Positions 29,101-44,600 of a stretch of DNA of 64,000 nt are shown here, in pieces; within the stretch, counting starts at the first letter, position 1, and each line of letters begins with the position of its first letter. This stretch comes from Catajapyx aquilonaris (lineage: Eukaryota). Position numbers and translations under genes: made by a program. The stretch spans positions 124,001 to 188,000 of the forward strand of contig KZ537970.1 of the NCBI GenBank assembly GCA_000934665.2, given 5' to 3'. Under the pieces are notes generated by a model. It was not told the origin of the DNA. It worked only from the letters and a program-made list of their open reading frames with translations, and did not search any database.

Positions 29101-32100
29101 ACAAATCGCTCTTGCGCCACTTGGCCCGTCTCCTCAGATTTCAGCCAAGGCGCATCTATCCCCGCCGGGGGCATCTAACCCTGTTTTATCTTTCATGGTT
29201 CACGTTGGTTTATGACCCCTAACCATCATTACTTTCGCCTTTTGCTATGAGACCTCTTATACGGCTCATCGAAAGTTGCTGGGAATGCGCAGTGGATACA
29301 GTTCCGCACCCCGGTATGTTCGATATTTTAGTGCCTTTCGGGAGTCATTCCTCAGCCAGGGTAAGGAACTTGCAGTAAAGAAATAGCCGACATCCCAGTG
29401 CGACATACACGGCAATAAACGACATCGGATCCACCTTTACCCTTCTCCTTACGACTTTCTAACTGGGCACCTAGGAGAAAGCGTCGCATCCTGCAAGATT
29501 GGCCTTGGGAAATTTCGGAAAAGGGAACACTTCCGCAAAGGCCTCATATTTTATTAGAATTAACCCTAAGCTGGGTAGCTAAAACAGGGTTCTGAGGCAG
29601 CATCCGGCCTGACTATCACCCGCGCTTACTAGGTTTAATGCAATTACTTCAAGACGAGTCTTCCTGACGTCTTTTTCCCAGCCCCTCACCCTATTTCACT
29701 CCGCGAAACTCAAAACTGCTGCCGTTTACAGGCTGAAGTAAGCACCTCATTAGGCTGCTTATGACCCAGCACACGTTGCCCCATATAGCTTCATGTACTC
29801 TATGTACCTCCCAACATACGATCGAATAGAGAGAGAAAAAGGAGCAACATTGCACCCGCAAATGGGGAGCTACGATATCCAACGAGTGTGTTTTTTTTGC
29901 GTTTTTTTAAAAGTGCACGAAGCATGGTTTACGCCTAAAATGCAAATGCAATTAAAATTTCATAATGACTCGGGTTGTGGAGTTGTAACACGCCGTCAGG
30001 ACATAAAACAGCGGAATTAACCCGAACAGCGCCTGGTGTCAGAGGCTTGCACTTGCAACATCACACGTGCTACAGTATATTCAACTCGTTTGCTCCTCGG
30101 ATTAAGTCGGTCTTGGTTTACTTTTTTACTCCTTTATGAGTTAAAACTTCATGGAAATTTAGGTTCTGTTTGTTACGAAGCCACATTTTCAACGGGCAGC
30201 TCATTTCTCATTAGTGTGTTAAAAATTAATACTCTGGTCGAGGTTTTCGTGCAAAATGGGGCAAATTACCGACTTCATATAGGTGGGTTTTCTTGCAAGC
30301 TCATTGATCATCAATGCTACGTTAGAGCTAAAGAGGAAGAGATTTAACAGAATAACTGTTACTTTATTTGCAAAGTATATTAATTCAAGGGTTGTATTGC
30401 ATTCACAAGTAGTGGCAAAATCATACGTTTCAGTCAACTTTGACCTTCATAAATGCAGTGCATAATTATAAGAAATCTTATTAATTTGGTCTAGCTGCAG
30501 TCCTCCAATACTTTAGTAAATTTTGCATTTTCAGGTTAGATTACACATTGTGTAATTGCAACCAAGTGTAGTGTTACACTATAGTGGTAATAATACAAAA
30601 TTTTAATTTTTATTCTGCATGGTTATAACCTAGAATCTTAGATTAATTGTTAATGTATTAATTTTATAATCTGATAATGCTGTTCGATTCCAGTAAAAAA
30701 GGTTAGTGCGATCCTCCAGTGACACGGTACACGTCGTATGAAATTACTCCACCACAAAGTGAGGTTCTCCATACCGTAACATAGTCTCACTCATTGCAAT
30801 AATGAGTTCGGATCTTGTGTTAGTAGCAGAAATGTCACTTCCGGTATAAGAGCTGTACTGTACAGTACATCATATTTTTCATGCTCCCATAAAAATTAAT
30901 TAATATACGCTACAAAATATAGTACTGTACGTATTTCTTATCCACATATTGCTGCACTAGCTGGCTACACCATGTAAAGCATACATAGTGCTGGATAAAA
31001 TGTCTGTTTCATTAAACGCTCCATAGTTTTCCGGCTTCACCTGGTGTTTTCCCGAGACATGGCTTTACAGTTACATTGCCTACAGTGCATATTATGGTAA
31101 GTGAGGCTTGCAACCTAGGAATGCATGTCTCTATCCCCATAATTATCATCAAAGTAAGTTTGTCCCTCAGAGGTATGGCGCATAGTGAAATACCACTCTA
31201 CAGTATCTTTCCTAAAATGTACTGGTCTTCAGTTCCATCTAAAAATTCTCAATATCGAATCAGTCGTATAGTATGTACAGAAAATTTAGTAAGGTATCCT
31301 GGTCACCAGAAAATTTCAGTATAGCTGTGATGGAATTTTTATCACTCACAGCAGGCATACTACTTTCACTCTTTCAGAATTTAAAAGGCATAAGAATTAG
31401 TGCATTGGTGAATTATCTCACATTATGAAATAAGCATTACTTTCATATTTAGTGACAATTATCGCCTTTCAGTTCTGGTCATCTATTCCAAAAGTGTAAT
31501 TAACAAATTTCAAAAACAAATCCAAACAAACACACAATTCATCACGGCATTACCCTATAAAAAGAGTAATCAACAATAAATTTGTACGCGTTGCAATATT
31601 TCCCTCATTTCTAATCTCCAAAACGTGTACTATCATTAACAATTTTTCAATTAAAAGTGTAATCAACTTACACTATGTGCACAGTAATCATGGCATGAAC
31701 TCTTCAGAATGGTGTAATCATAATTATAAGATTCTTTGGCCTATTCCAAGACCAAAATTCTCCACACACACAGTGGTCGACTATCATCGAGATGCAACGG
31801 AGTGGTTGAGCTGGCACGATATGCCCTGCAACTGGATCATCAAGACCTAACTGCCCACGCACGCAGTAATGATACCTACAAACGAAAATGGCAAAGGGAA
31901 TTGTGGTGTTGGTAGTGGTCAAGATGTCGCTCTATGTGTTCATTGTGGGGAAATTAACATCCAGCAGATTATAAACACCCCTCTCCCCTATTTCGTGAGA
32001 ATATGCAGTAGAGTGCAAATTACAGTATACATTAGTTTTGTGTACTGTACGTCCACATATATTCCTCTGACGTTAATAGGACATTCTAATAATAAATTAC

Positions 32101-35100
32101 TTATAAGGCTACAGACATGTCATACTTATGTAGTGACTATAAAAACCTATACATATGGGGCATTATCATTCAAGCCTAGAGCTCTCATATTGTGTAAATT
32201 CAAGTAGGTTGCTGTACAGCAAGCAGTGTGTCTCACACAAGAGAACGCTAATCTTATCCTGACTTTGCAGGGCAACACATGCGTCTCTCTCGTTCGGTGG
32301 GCAGCGGGACTTTCAGGATACTCTTCCTGGCCGTACTTCGCATGAGGGCGAAAATATTACCCTGCAGCATTTAGGCCAATCACCACAACAAATGAAGTTG
32401 TTTGAGATCATAATTATTATATCTCCGTAATAAAAATACCTGTTCTCGAATATGAAACGTTAAGATTTTGTAGTTTATCAAGGGATGCAGAAAGGGATGC
32501 AGAAACACCAATATAATGTGAGGTATATTGATGGAAGGAAACGACTCTTGATATGGCTACATTCCACAGACCAAATGCGACAATTACTCTAATTCCACAG
32601 CAGAACAATGTGGACTATGCTCTTTAATATCCTTCGCTGAAAGGCATGCATTTGTAGCCTCGATCAAACATTTTCAATATTCGTTAGACAGCATTTTTAT
32701 TATTCACTCACATTCCAGGGCAGCTTTCAAAGGCAGCGTTCAACAAGGACTCCAGTAACATAAGCAGTAAGAGTATGTTCTTTTCCAACAAAACTCGAAT
32801 CTTGCTGGCCCATTTCCCGAGTAAATGTCTGTGACAGCATTGCCTGCACTCTCTCATAAGTACATTCAAATTACGTCCATTATTTTTTAATTTCTTTTCT
32901 AATATCTTTCCAATACCCCTTGCCCTTAAGCATGTGCGCAGTAGAATTCTAATGCCTGCATCAGCCTCATTTATTTTTCCTCCCAAGCCCACCTCCTTGG
33001 GTTTAAGCGCGCACAAGACCCGCCAGACTGCAGTGGCGTAAATATTTATTTAATTCGGGGCCTACATACAGCCCTGTAGAGTCATTACGCGGTGCTTTGC
33101 GAAAATATCCTCCGCAATTTCGCCGCGTTTCAAAAAAAAAAAAAAAAAACGACCGGCGTTGAAAAGCAGACGTGATCAGACGGGCCTAAAAAAAGAGGAA
33201 TGGCGTCGGACTGCTTTTCCCCCGTCGATTCAACCCCGGAGACCCCTGTCCTCTTTCTCTTTGTCGCCCAGGGCCTGGATGCTGGTCGGCATGATAGCGG
33301 TCAATATCTCAGCGACGAACGCCCGGCCTCTTCATGAATGCCAATGCGGGAACCACTCCAGCAAACGTGCTCCCCTGGATTACTTGCCCCCACCCCCCAA
33401 TTGCACGCGGCAACCCCGCAAAAGGATCTTTGCACCCCTCGAGGTGCGTTGCAACACTACTTGGACTCTCAGGCGGCTCCTGGCTCATTCCGGCGTTCAA
33501 ATTGGGCATGAAATCGGTTCCCTCCCGTCTTTCAGTACACGGAAGGCAACATCCCAAAGTGCCTAAATCAATGTGGCAGAAGATTACCGGAGTAATTAGG
33601 GCCTCCCCCACCTCGGATGCCCTCATTAGAGCGGGTTTGTGAAGTCCGGTTTTGGTACGCTCATGAAGATGCGCAACATGATTTAAGCTGTCTGAGCATG
33701 TGGCATGACGTCCGTTTTCTTTTCAAAACAATTGCGTACACAATATCCGCTACTCATAAAACCCTACAGAGTCCTTTTCTGAATTATTATTTATATCTAC
33801 TCATATACCGGTATCAGAAAAAAACTGTCTATTCCAAGACCAGCAGGTTTCCCCATATTAATTTTATTTCGAGTTGAGCTTCCATGTCCGGTTTCGTCTT
33901 GGGTAGAGTATAGCCTAACCACATCAGAGGGGAAACTCACAATGTGATCCAATTTAGGCATTGTGTTTGCACCTGCATCTGCCCTTCCGCTCTCACCTTT
34001 CCCTTCTCGTTACATTAACGTTCCAAGTAGAATACAGTGAATCCCTGGCTACAGCAGAAACTAGAGCCTCATTATGGAACTTTGTTTGCTTCTGATTCAG
34101 AATTTTCAGTGCACATACAGTACAGTATTGGCCATCAAATGAACCTCGTGGCGTTTCTTGCACACCTTGTATGCCGGATGGCAACTTGGAAGAGGTGTCT
34201 GGCTGGTGCCTGGGAGGAACGGAGAGGCGTGAACTTTGACATTCAAGCAGGCAGGGAAGGCAGGCAGGCAGGAGCGATGGAAGCGGCGCGATCGGGTCCC
34301 CGCAGAGGCAGGCTTGGAGGGGGGCGGGGCCCATTCAGGGACGGCCAAATTCAGGAAGGTTGAAGAGGGGTTGGGGCAGGGGGAGACTGCGATTCCTCCC
34401 CCTCCCCCGTCCTCTGCACAAAGAGCCCGAGGAGGAGGTGGAGGAGGAGATGATTCGGATTCCCTCGTGGCTCCATCCCGCACTGTCTCCTCCATATTCG
34501 TGGATTCCCTGCTCGCTCCACCAACTTTACTTGTGCCTTGGCCTCCTTTCACCCCCGTTTGCACAAAATGCTCCGGAGGTAACTCGCCGACTGTATTTGT
34601 CAAGAGGTGCAATAATGTGCTTCATAACTTCGGGAACCCTGAAATTCTAGGGGTGCGGCACCGGAGACGGTACCGGAATGGTCGATTTACACTTCCAGTC
34701 GAATTTTCTGAGTTCGAGATCGAACATGAATGGAGTGCGAAAATCACGTGTTGATTATGTTACCTTATAAGCAGTCCTATATTCCACAGTAGACATTCAG
34801 AGCTATACCCTAATTCAATAGCAACGTTTACATTGAATCTTCCTGTCCCAGTATTGGAGAAAATATTTTGGCAAAATGATTATTTAAATAATCATGCGAA
34901 TAACAGAGATTTTAAAATTCCAGATAACAGTATTATGATTGCCCAAAAAATTAGACTTAAAAAGAGGAGTAAAATTAGTCCAGGCTTAGAGGAAGTATAT
35001 GTACAATATTTTTCAACACTTCCTTCATAAGTTCATTCTATTTTTGACCTTTCTTGACAAATTCGCAGATTTGATCGATATTTCGTTACTTTATGTAGGC

Positions 35101-38100
35101 CTACTTGAAAACCGCGACGTGTAACTGGTCATGACTGAAAAGGGGGTTGAGTAGGTGTATACGGACTCCTCCGGGATTTATTTTCGGTCGTCTTGTGAAT
35201 GTGAATGCCATAACTTGACCTGAAACTGTCATCGCATCATCTCAATACAAAAGGGATATCGCATATGTCGCTGCCATGTCAATTTTAGGGATGCAGCACG
35301 CATTTCTCGTGATTATCCGGTATGAACTGTGTCATTAATAGGTTTACATCCAACATAGAGTCTGCTAACCTCGTACAGTACCATTAAGCAAAGACTATGC
35401 CTCATAATTATTAGGATTTCTTAACATCATTAAAATGCCATTTAGGTTGAAGCTTGGACAGAAATAAAAATCCATTTTTTCAATACATATGAACATAATT
35501 GTATTACAATTTTTCTTGAAGAATGAAAAGTCTAAATAAATATGTGGAAATGTAGATTGAAGAAAAACACTATGTACAAACAAACTATGGCTCTTATAAT
35601 AGTAAATGTACGATATAATAATACAACTTTAATGCCGGTAACAACTAACAGTCAGGATAATGATCATTCCGGTATCTGTCTCAGAAAATATAATAATTGT
35701 CGTAATGATTCTCTTCATGATTATTGTACAAGATATGATCAATATTGTAGCATTTACAAGTAATACTGTACAGACCTTTTTACAGACCCGACTACAAAAA
35801 CGCAACCTCGCAGGCTGAATGTCTTTAACAAAGATTAAGGAATCCCGGACCTACCAACTTCGGTAATTCAATTCTGGCTCCCAAAATTTGCCCTAAAATT
35901 TTGTAAATCCTATTAAACTCTAAATTACTTTTGTTGTTCTCTCAAATTCTCCCTCCGCGACGGCACTTCTATAAGCGAAGTAATTTCTCCCTCGCGGCTT
36001 GACAGAGTGCAAATCCTGAAAACAGATTTCTTAATAATTCATCTTGATAAATAATGTGGATGACCGTTATTTTCAGTTATAGCGTCGGCTCTCCGCCGGT
36101 TGATCGACTGTGCCGATAATAGAAGCACAGCGAGGGTTTTGGTTAGGTATCGCCACATTTCATTGCCTCCTTAAGAGTTACTACGCAATAACCCTTACAT
36201 AATATAGCATCTACACCTTTAATCAGTCCTTAGTTATGAGAAGATTTACGCCGACCATTTTACCCAGACACCCATTAATAAATGACGCAGCAAGAGAGAT
36301 GGGAAGAATCTGCTTGGGAATTAAAGAAGGGGATTAGAGGCTGAGATTGTCCGACTCGGCGCTAACACCCGAAATGCAGGGAATTTTAAACTGCTGTGGA
36401 ATAATAACTGTAAGCTTAAGGAGGTAGATAAGACACGTTATTGGGGGTTAGGAAATTCCAATGTTCCTTCTTCGGCAGCATCCCGGATGTCGTCTATGCA
36501 GTTTCCTTGCTAATGAGATAGGTCCAGTGCAAATTCTTTCCAGCTCAAAAATATCCGCACCACATTTTGTCTGCATAACTTAAATTTCTCTCTCCTCAAC
36601 AAACGCATAGGCATATTGTATACTTCTCATAAAGGTGGAAAGAGTGCACTCATATAGATAACTCTAGCTTTGTAAATCTTACTTCAAGCGTATAGCTCCT
36701 GAAAGTTGGCTCATTTTCACTGGATCGAGTTTACTTTTTCAAAAGCCACTAATTAACGTTATATCGTACTGGAATAATTAGCTTTACCTAATATCTGAAA
36801 GCCAGTTTGTTAACGCAAAATGCAAGAACAGAAGAGGCAAAGAGAAAAGTTTTAGAGCTCAGCAATTTATTTCGACTACTTTGAATTCATGAGTCTTAGC
36901 AAATTATCTTCTCTCACCGTCGGCAAGTAACACCAAATTCTCAATTACAATTAGCTCCGTGGCCGGTTGCGATATGGAGGAAAAAAATAAAAACCATTCT
37001 CATAGCGACTCTATCCCTTATTTGAAAGCCCACTGGGCCACATTTTCATCAAGACCGAAGAGAAAGCCCGTGGTTGGCAGATCCCAATTTCTGCCTATAA
37101 ATGCTAGGAGGAAATCCATATCAGATGAAGTTCGCGGGTCAACGACTACACCACACAGCTGTAATCCCATGGCACTCACCAAGATTGTGCTCTTTTGTAG
37201 CACCGTGCATGCTGATTATCAGCAACGAGAGATTTCAATACTGCATTCGTGCAGCTTTTTTGCTTCGTTGATCTGTGAAACCTCCTCTATGTTTGAAGAG
37301 TGCCCTTTCAAAATAATATAGTGCTCTGCCACACATCAGGGCAATATTAAAAATTCAGAATTATTCTTCTATTGCATTTTTGGGGCGGTAGTTTTAATAC
37401 AACATAACTTAGTAGTCACAATAATAAATGCAGTGAACAAATGCGAATTGCTTACATTTGTATTCAGAAAGCATCGTTTACCAAACAGTCCCCTTCGCCA
37501 CACATATTATAGCAAATAAAAACTGACAATGAGCAGAATCAGTTCATTTGCGCGTCTAACAACACCGGATGCCAGCTGAGACATCAACTTTCGTGCTGCA
37601 TATGCACATGTGCACACCCACAGAGTTCGTGCTTTGGTATTCTCCCGACACACATCATTAGCGCAAAACACGCGACCTGTGTTCCCGATATCCATATTAT
37701 AGCGAGCTGAATTTCTCTCACACTGTTCACTCATCTTCGCTGGCATAATTTGATCATTTGCGCCCTTCCGATTCAGCTCCATTTTCTTACCCTGTCTGAG
37801 CCTGTCTAATGTTCCATTTTGTTCTTAATCATTTTCGCTAATTCCTTCATTTTGACTCAGATAATATCGCCCTGTTCCATCAGAGAGGAAGATCCTTGTA
37901 TCCACTACCGTTCAAGATGCTCACTTGGGTGTAAACAAGTTGAATCACATGTTTCGCTGACTACATTCTTCCCCTGTCTTGTCAGTTGTCACTTCAATCT
38001 CGGAGAACTTTCTCCTGCCCATTGAGTTTCGGGTGAGACATGGCGACTACAGTATCTTCATGTAGATTTTGGAGGCGCCCGTGCATGTGATGATCGTTTG

Positions 38101-38889
38101 TGTCTATAACGGGCAAATAATGGAGGGATAATATTTGTAGCACCTAGGCATGTGCAGTTGCCCTTCCAACAATATTTCGGTCTCCACACAGTAATGGGGT
38201 GAATTTTACAAATGACTATAGAGAATGTGCATGTTATTGTATCAGATAAACAAACACGACATTTAGATTGCCTAAGTTGCATAATTGTGGCGGAATCATT
38301 TGCGGCCACATCCAAGTAATGCAATGCGGAATTTGTTTTGCCCTATTGTAAAACTATGTTCTGCTTGAAAACGGGCTATAAAACCATAGCATGTAAAATA
38401 ATCACATCTCCAAATATACTCAGTCTATGCCACGAGATAAACAAAGTTAGCGTATTCTTTGAGCCTATTTACGTACCGTACATGACAAACTGCTGCAGTT
38501 GTGCAACTATCCTAGAGGAAATGGTGTTGTACTTAGTATAGGACTAACCTTGTGTAACTCAATATGTTTTGTCCCATGTCTCACACCTAGAAGATGTCTC
38601 GTGTTCTACACTAAACTCGCAACTAACTGTTGCTCCCTATTCGCGGTGAAAGGAAAATTTCACGCTACAATACCGACATGTCTTGAAGGCAGCTCGCAAT
38701 AATTAATGTCTGCTGCGCACAGCCACCTCACCTTACTCGGCAAATCATCTCTTAGCAGTAAAATAATTCAATAATCCCATAGCATTGATAACTTGATGCA
38801 ACAAAATAGTGTTAATACACTGGGACGATGAAGCCATGAACCGGTGTCTTCATCCAGCAAATGTTCAGTTTAAATCCATTCATTCTACC

Positions 38890-39426
38890 CAGGGTGGCCA
38901 CGAAGTAAGGTGCACATGCTTGATGAGCAATAAGTCAATAAGAAAATTTAATGAAAGCAAATAAAACTACAAGAAAACATTTATAGAGTCAGGAAAACAT
39001 AATGCATACCGATATTCCAACTTGGGTCAACTTGGGCACAGTTCAAGTCGATGGAAGCTTGAGGCCCCCTAACCTACGCCAGCTGACTTTTTCTTTTGCG
39101 GATATTTTTAAAAAATGAAGTGTACAAGCATGCCAAATCATTTAAAGAGTGGCGTGAGTCATCTTCGCCAAGTTATTATTGAGTAATTTAATTCAATTCC
39201 TGTCGTTATCAGCATAATAGCATGAGAGAAGGGCAAAATAGGACTTCAAGCTTATATCTACTTGAATGGTGCCCAAGTTGACCTAAGTTGACCCGAGGTT
39301 GGAAATTCAGTATGCATTATGTTTTACTGACTCGTATGTTGTCTTGTAGTTTTATTTGTTTCCATTAAATTTTCTTATTGACTTATTGCTCATCAAACAT
39401 GTGCACCTTACTTCGTGGCCACCCTG
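38890..39426. mobile_element. Non-autonomous Tc1/mariner-superfamily element with ~178-bp inverted arms and transposase remnants
   Basis: Termini CAGGGTGGCCACGAAGTAAGGTGCACATG...CATGTGCACCTTACTTCGTGGCCACCCTG; 63 of the first 64 bp of the two arms are identical. The spacer at ~39064-39128 reads, with frameshifts, PNL(T)PADFFFCGY(L)KNEVYK, matching the SPDLTPxDFFLWGYLKxxVY motif. The right arm begins LQAYIYLNGAQVDLS*, matching a transposase C-terminus. The TA TSD is degenerate. Confidence 0.88.
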
Positions 39427-41477
39427 CATTTCATCCCAAATGCGTGTTACTGCGATTTGGTACACAATAAGGATGCCAATCAGAATACAAAGTAGTTTTC
39501 CGCATCAACAGTTGGTTTGCAGCTGATGCTTCAGGGGAGAAAGAATGGCAGTAGAGCCAATATCAGAGATATCTCACCATAACGCAGTAGAAAGCATGCC
39601 AATCAGAGGCTGTAGGCTGTATTGGAAGCCCCGTATAGGTAAGAGCTATTCATTACTTGTAATTGGCAAATATGTTTGTCAGTTAGAACACAATTGTGTA
39701 AAGCGTCATACTGAAAGATGTTCAGTAATCAACTAAATAAAAAGCGCTCCAAATTTCCAGGGCATGTCACTTAATAAGTACATAAATGGTGATATTATTC
39801 AATTTGACAACGACATACAAAAGCTCTCCAAAATTATTAGTCAGACGACAATAAATAGACTCCCACACTTCCCGAGAATGGTATACCACAGTTATTGTCA
39901 TACACCCACACATAATGTCATTTGAAATGGAATAAAGGTACACCACCAGGGAAACTATATTGGAATATGACATTGGAAAATGAAACTGCTGGAAACTCGA
40001 GCTGATTTGTCCTCTACTTCCTGCTCTGTGGCATATCAGCGTCTCTACAAAGTAATAATGCCATCTAGTTTCCATCAGTTGTGCAGAATAACAAACAAGA
40101 CTCAAAAATGAAACAAATTCACAAGCACTTGATAATTGATCGCATGGCAGCTATGCTAGTTTTATAGCAGCATTTCCCTTGCCTTACTGGCACATACCCA
40201 AGTTAACGGGCAATATTTTTCAGGATATGGGCTACACATGCCCACAAACGCGAGTCGAAATCACAAGGCCATTCCCAAAAGGCGACCCAAAGGTAAACTT
40301 GGGTCCGCTTTGATTCACTGCCAAGGCACGTCCTTAGGGACTACTGATGCACCTGCTTAAGCAGTCATTCATCTCAAACCGGCAGCACTACGCTCAAAAT
40401 TATGGTCCTAGGTCGAGGAGGGGGCATCGACACTAAAGAGCGGGCAGAGAAGCATACCAGTTGGGTATAGACTCACCCTTCGCATGACCCGGAGAGAGAA
40501 AGATGAAGTCTTCATGTTTGTGGTTATGCTGATCGCCCAGGTAAGTAGAGGATAGCAGCCGGAGAACTAGTCCTTACCCCCCCTTTTGTGAAGTGTTGAA
40601 ATGTGCCGGCTACTTCAACGGACGGAGCCTCCTGATCGGACACCGCGGATGACCGGCATACTTTTTGCTCCCGAGTGGTCTAATCCGGCAGAGAGAGAGG
40701 GTGGTCCAGAGGCCCAGGTCCCACAGGTGGCTGGTGGTGGTCCCCCCCAAGCCCCGAAGAGAGAAGGTTGGTTTCCGGGGAAGAGCTGGCGCCACTCTCT
40801 CGCAACCCTCTCCTCTGTACCCTGGGCTCTGCTGGTTGCCTGCCTGCCTAGCTGTCCTGCCCTGTGTGTGCTCTCCGCCTGCTTGCCACGGGGAAATCAA
40901 TAAAGTTCGCGAAGCGGCTTTTCCGAATGGCTCTGCATGCCTTCCGCAGCAACAGGACCTGGAAGCTGGCCATCGCATCTCAAAATACAGACTATACTGC
41001 AAGGTGCACTCAATTGCAGGCCCACACTGACTACACCTTCAAGGGGATTCGCTCTACCAGAAATCAAACGCGCTTTATTCGGCCCACAATATTGGGTTAT
41101 GCCTACCGATGCGATGGGGCTTCCGGATGTGAAAGCATCATGATCAAAAAACATGAATGGGCGGCTGGACCATGGAGGAAGGGAGCGGGATTATATCACC
41201 GAATTCACGGGGAAAAGCTGAACGCTTTCACTAATAAACTTGTTAATTCCGAAAACTAGTTGCAGCGTTTATAGTCCACTGTAGTAGTGTATTATGATGC
41301 TGCAAGGAATGGATCATTTGCAAAGAATACTGCAAAAAAATTATTTTCTAATTGGGTCAGTCTCAAGGGGGAAAGAAGTTGTGTCGAATCAGTTGCAGTG
41401 GCCTTCGTATAGTTGGTCCACTGAATAAAGGGGACATTCTATCAGTTCTGTTACTTTAATTTTAGCCGATGTTCCTG

Positions 41478-41670
41478 CAGTGAAACAAGTCTGATGCAGG
41501 GGACCCTGGATACTAAGAAACTTGTCTACTGAGGAAAATATTTGCGGTCCCGACAGAAAGATAGAAAGTCTCATGTACTGTACATACTTCTATCCAATAC
41601 AGCCGAAACTAGCATTTTACGGATTTTTTTTTGCGGAACGGAGCTATTTCGCTAGATACAGGTTTCACTG
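41478..41670. mobile_element. Degenerate pogo/Tigger-like MITE
   Basis: Termini CAGTGAAACAAGT...ACAGGTTTCACTG (11/13 inverted match). The right flank is TA and the left flank is TG. CAGT termini are typical of pogo/Tigger. Confidence 0.55.
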
Positions 41671-44600
41671 TATGGACCGAATGTTATAAGAAATTTTTTC
41701 CTTACAACGTCGCGCTAACATTGCTATCATCCTTTCCTGATTCCTCGTTGTTCGGTCACTATTACTCTGGTGCAGCGACAAAAGGCTCGTAGCCTACTCT
41801 CTAAGGACCACGCTATGGACCAACAACAACCAGAATAAATATTATCAAAATTACTATATAGTAAAATTTGCTCCATACTTTGAAACAGGTAAATACTGCA
41901 TGAAGCATACAATCAAAGTGTCTAATTGTGGAATTTTATGAATTAAATAGGAAACGTAAATATATAGACTTCATTTTTAATCATAATGAATGAATACTAC
42001 TTGATATCACTTCCTCAACTATAGGCTCCAAAAATAAACTCAGGCTGTGAAGTTCCAATTTCGCCTCCTATTCCAGTCGAAGAATAAAATTGCATGTGCT
42101 GGGAGCAGTTTCGCTAAATTTTACTGTCATTGCGTGAGATCTTCCTGATTCTCTCTCGTTTCCTATCAGATACTTATAATAGAAGTGCATTACTGTGATG
42201 AATCTCCTCATCCATGTCCTTCTAGCACGATGTGCAACATACACCAGCCAAAGAAATCAAAATTCTGCTTTTGTCCGTCTCTTCGTATATGGTCATGTAG
42301 CTTATACAATTATTTTATTTTCCTTGTAGTAGCTTCTCATTCTCGGTTGTGACTTCTGAGTGACTAATAGCATCCCTATCTATAAAGCGAGCCGACTACC
42401 CTAGTAGCCACTAATATGGATAAAGGTAATAATAAAAGCTCGGCGGGTGACAAATGACAGGTGTCTCGCGGGACAGTCGAGACGGATTCAAGCACTCTGC
42501 CAGAACAAAGGTGCCTGCATAATGCCACGTCAGCTTTGATGGAATGCTGAGACTGGATTTGGAAACTGAAGCGATCGTGTCACCAGGCTTTTTTTAGGAG
42601 CCTCCCTGCCTGCACCTTCCGGCCACCTTTTTAAGAATATCAATTATTGTACTTTTATATGCCGCATAAGTGTAGAATTTTTTCAAGTCTGGGGCATGCA
42701 GTGGTTAGATCCAATTAGATCCTAACGCATTTATTAAACAGTGGTGGTATCACACTATACGACTTAGCATAAATGTATATGTTAACGTACTGTACTTTGC
42801 ATCAGTGATGCAGGCTAGCTAAAAAAACAAATTAGGATTAAGTCATTTTTCACTCAATTTTCAACAATTTACATCCGAAACATTGACGGATTAAAAAGTC
42901 ACTCGTTTTTTCGTACACGATATTTTAATCTTAATTTGCATAAATTATTCGTGCTACCGAGAGTTAAGCTACTCTCATCACTAATAGCAGTGCATCTTCC
43001 TTCATCCCGCATTATGGGTCAATATGGGACGAAGGAGAATGCACCGCAATTGGGTTCCTATCGAATAATGGGTGGAAGCCGCAGTTGACAGGCATGCTTT
43101 GAATGGACATCAACACTAACTTTGCCTATCATGACGTCGGTGATTGTTTTGCTTTTGCGGCAGTTCCCATGCGACATATTGGCATAACATTCTCCTCCCC
43201 ATGCTGCTGGTCTCGGTGGTTACAAACTAAACACTGCTTCAAATGCCCACCAAAAGGGGGGAGAATTGCCATTAGATATCTCTCTGATGTCGACTGCTGA
43301 ATAGCAAGAGTGTTAAACAAATACCAGGCACGTTAATAGGGATATTAAGGATGGTTGGTGGTCGGACCCCCTGCGTCCCCCTCCTATAACACCCAGCAAG
43401 CGCCATGGGACCAGGATCCTCGGAAATATTTTGTACTAGGATTATCATGCCGTAGCTAATGCGATGAGCCAAACTTCACGTACGAGAGAGACTTAATCCT
43501 AGCCTCCCTCCTCCCACCTATAACCACTCCCTCTAGCGAGCAATAAGTTTTAATACACAGGATAAATTTGGCACCGCAGCGCAGGGGCGACACGATTCAC
43601 GCCTTAAACTATATACACTTCCCTTCCCATAACAAGAATTCCTGGTCCCACATGCACCTATTTCCAGCATTGCAGTGGTTACAAATGCTCTGATTCCTAA
43701 TCATGAAACAATTCAGGCTAAAATGAACAAAATCCACATTTCTACTAGATATTCAATGCTCAAAGTTTTTAACATGATTCATGATTATAAGTCCAAACAG
43801 ATTACTCTGGAATTGTAACGGTACACAGATTCTGAAATAATATTTTGAAACACCACATTCAAATCAAGGCAGTAATATACTGTATGTTGTTTTATGTAAG
43901 GCAAGTTTCATGTCACTTCCCACGATTTGTATAATATTTTTCTTTATACTACGGGTACAATGAATGGATGACTGTAACTTCATACTGAAATCCTACCCCA
44001 AAAAAGCAGTTATAGTGTAATTCTTGTTTTTTTGTCCGGCTCAATATTATACGACTGCAGATTGCAATGGAGTTGTGCAAGCTTACTAAACATTTCCCTT
44101 ACAGGATTTTTAAACTGCAGGAAGGCAATTTGTAGTCAGGACCTGTTCTCTCCGTGAGTAACAGGCTTTGGGAAAGAATAAATGTTGCATCTTGTTGCAA
44201 CGTAAGCTGCTTAATATTGTAAACTCTTTGTATACAGTACAGTTGGGTCAATCCCTAACTGTTGGCCACAATGTGATCAAAGAGGTTGCCCCAACGCAAT
44301 TAAACGGATACTCACGGCTCCCCATACGTTTCATTTGACTTTAAACCTCTCTTGGAAATCCACATAATCTCGTTTCGCATGGTTGTGTACTTTGTCTCGT
44401 CGTCTCACTGAGCACTGGAACCTTATCCCTAGTGTTACGCAGTTAAGCTCTAAAAGTGTCGATATCTAACACCAAGGTACACTTGGATAAGCAGTAAATA
44501 TATCCCACTCGTGCCAATACCAAAGACGTAACGCAGTACAGTTAATCCAGCGGAATTGCACACGTCTGATTAGGCACCAATAGTTGAAGAGTGTCGGTAA

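Noticed and set aside
34106..34754. Overlapping 168-172 aa ORFs on both strands (poly-Pro/poly-Gly)
   Set aside because: Open in several frames because the DNA is GC-rich and low-complexity; no recognisable domain or convincing splice structure.
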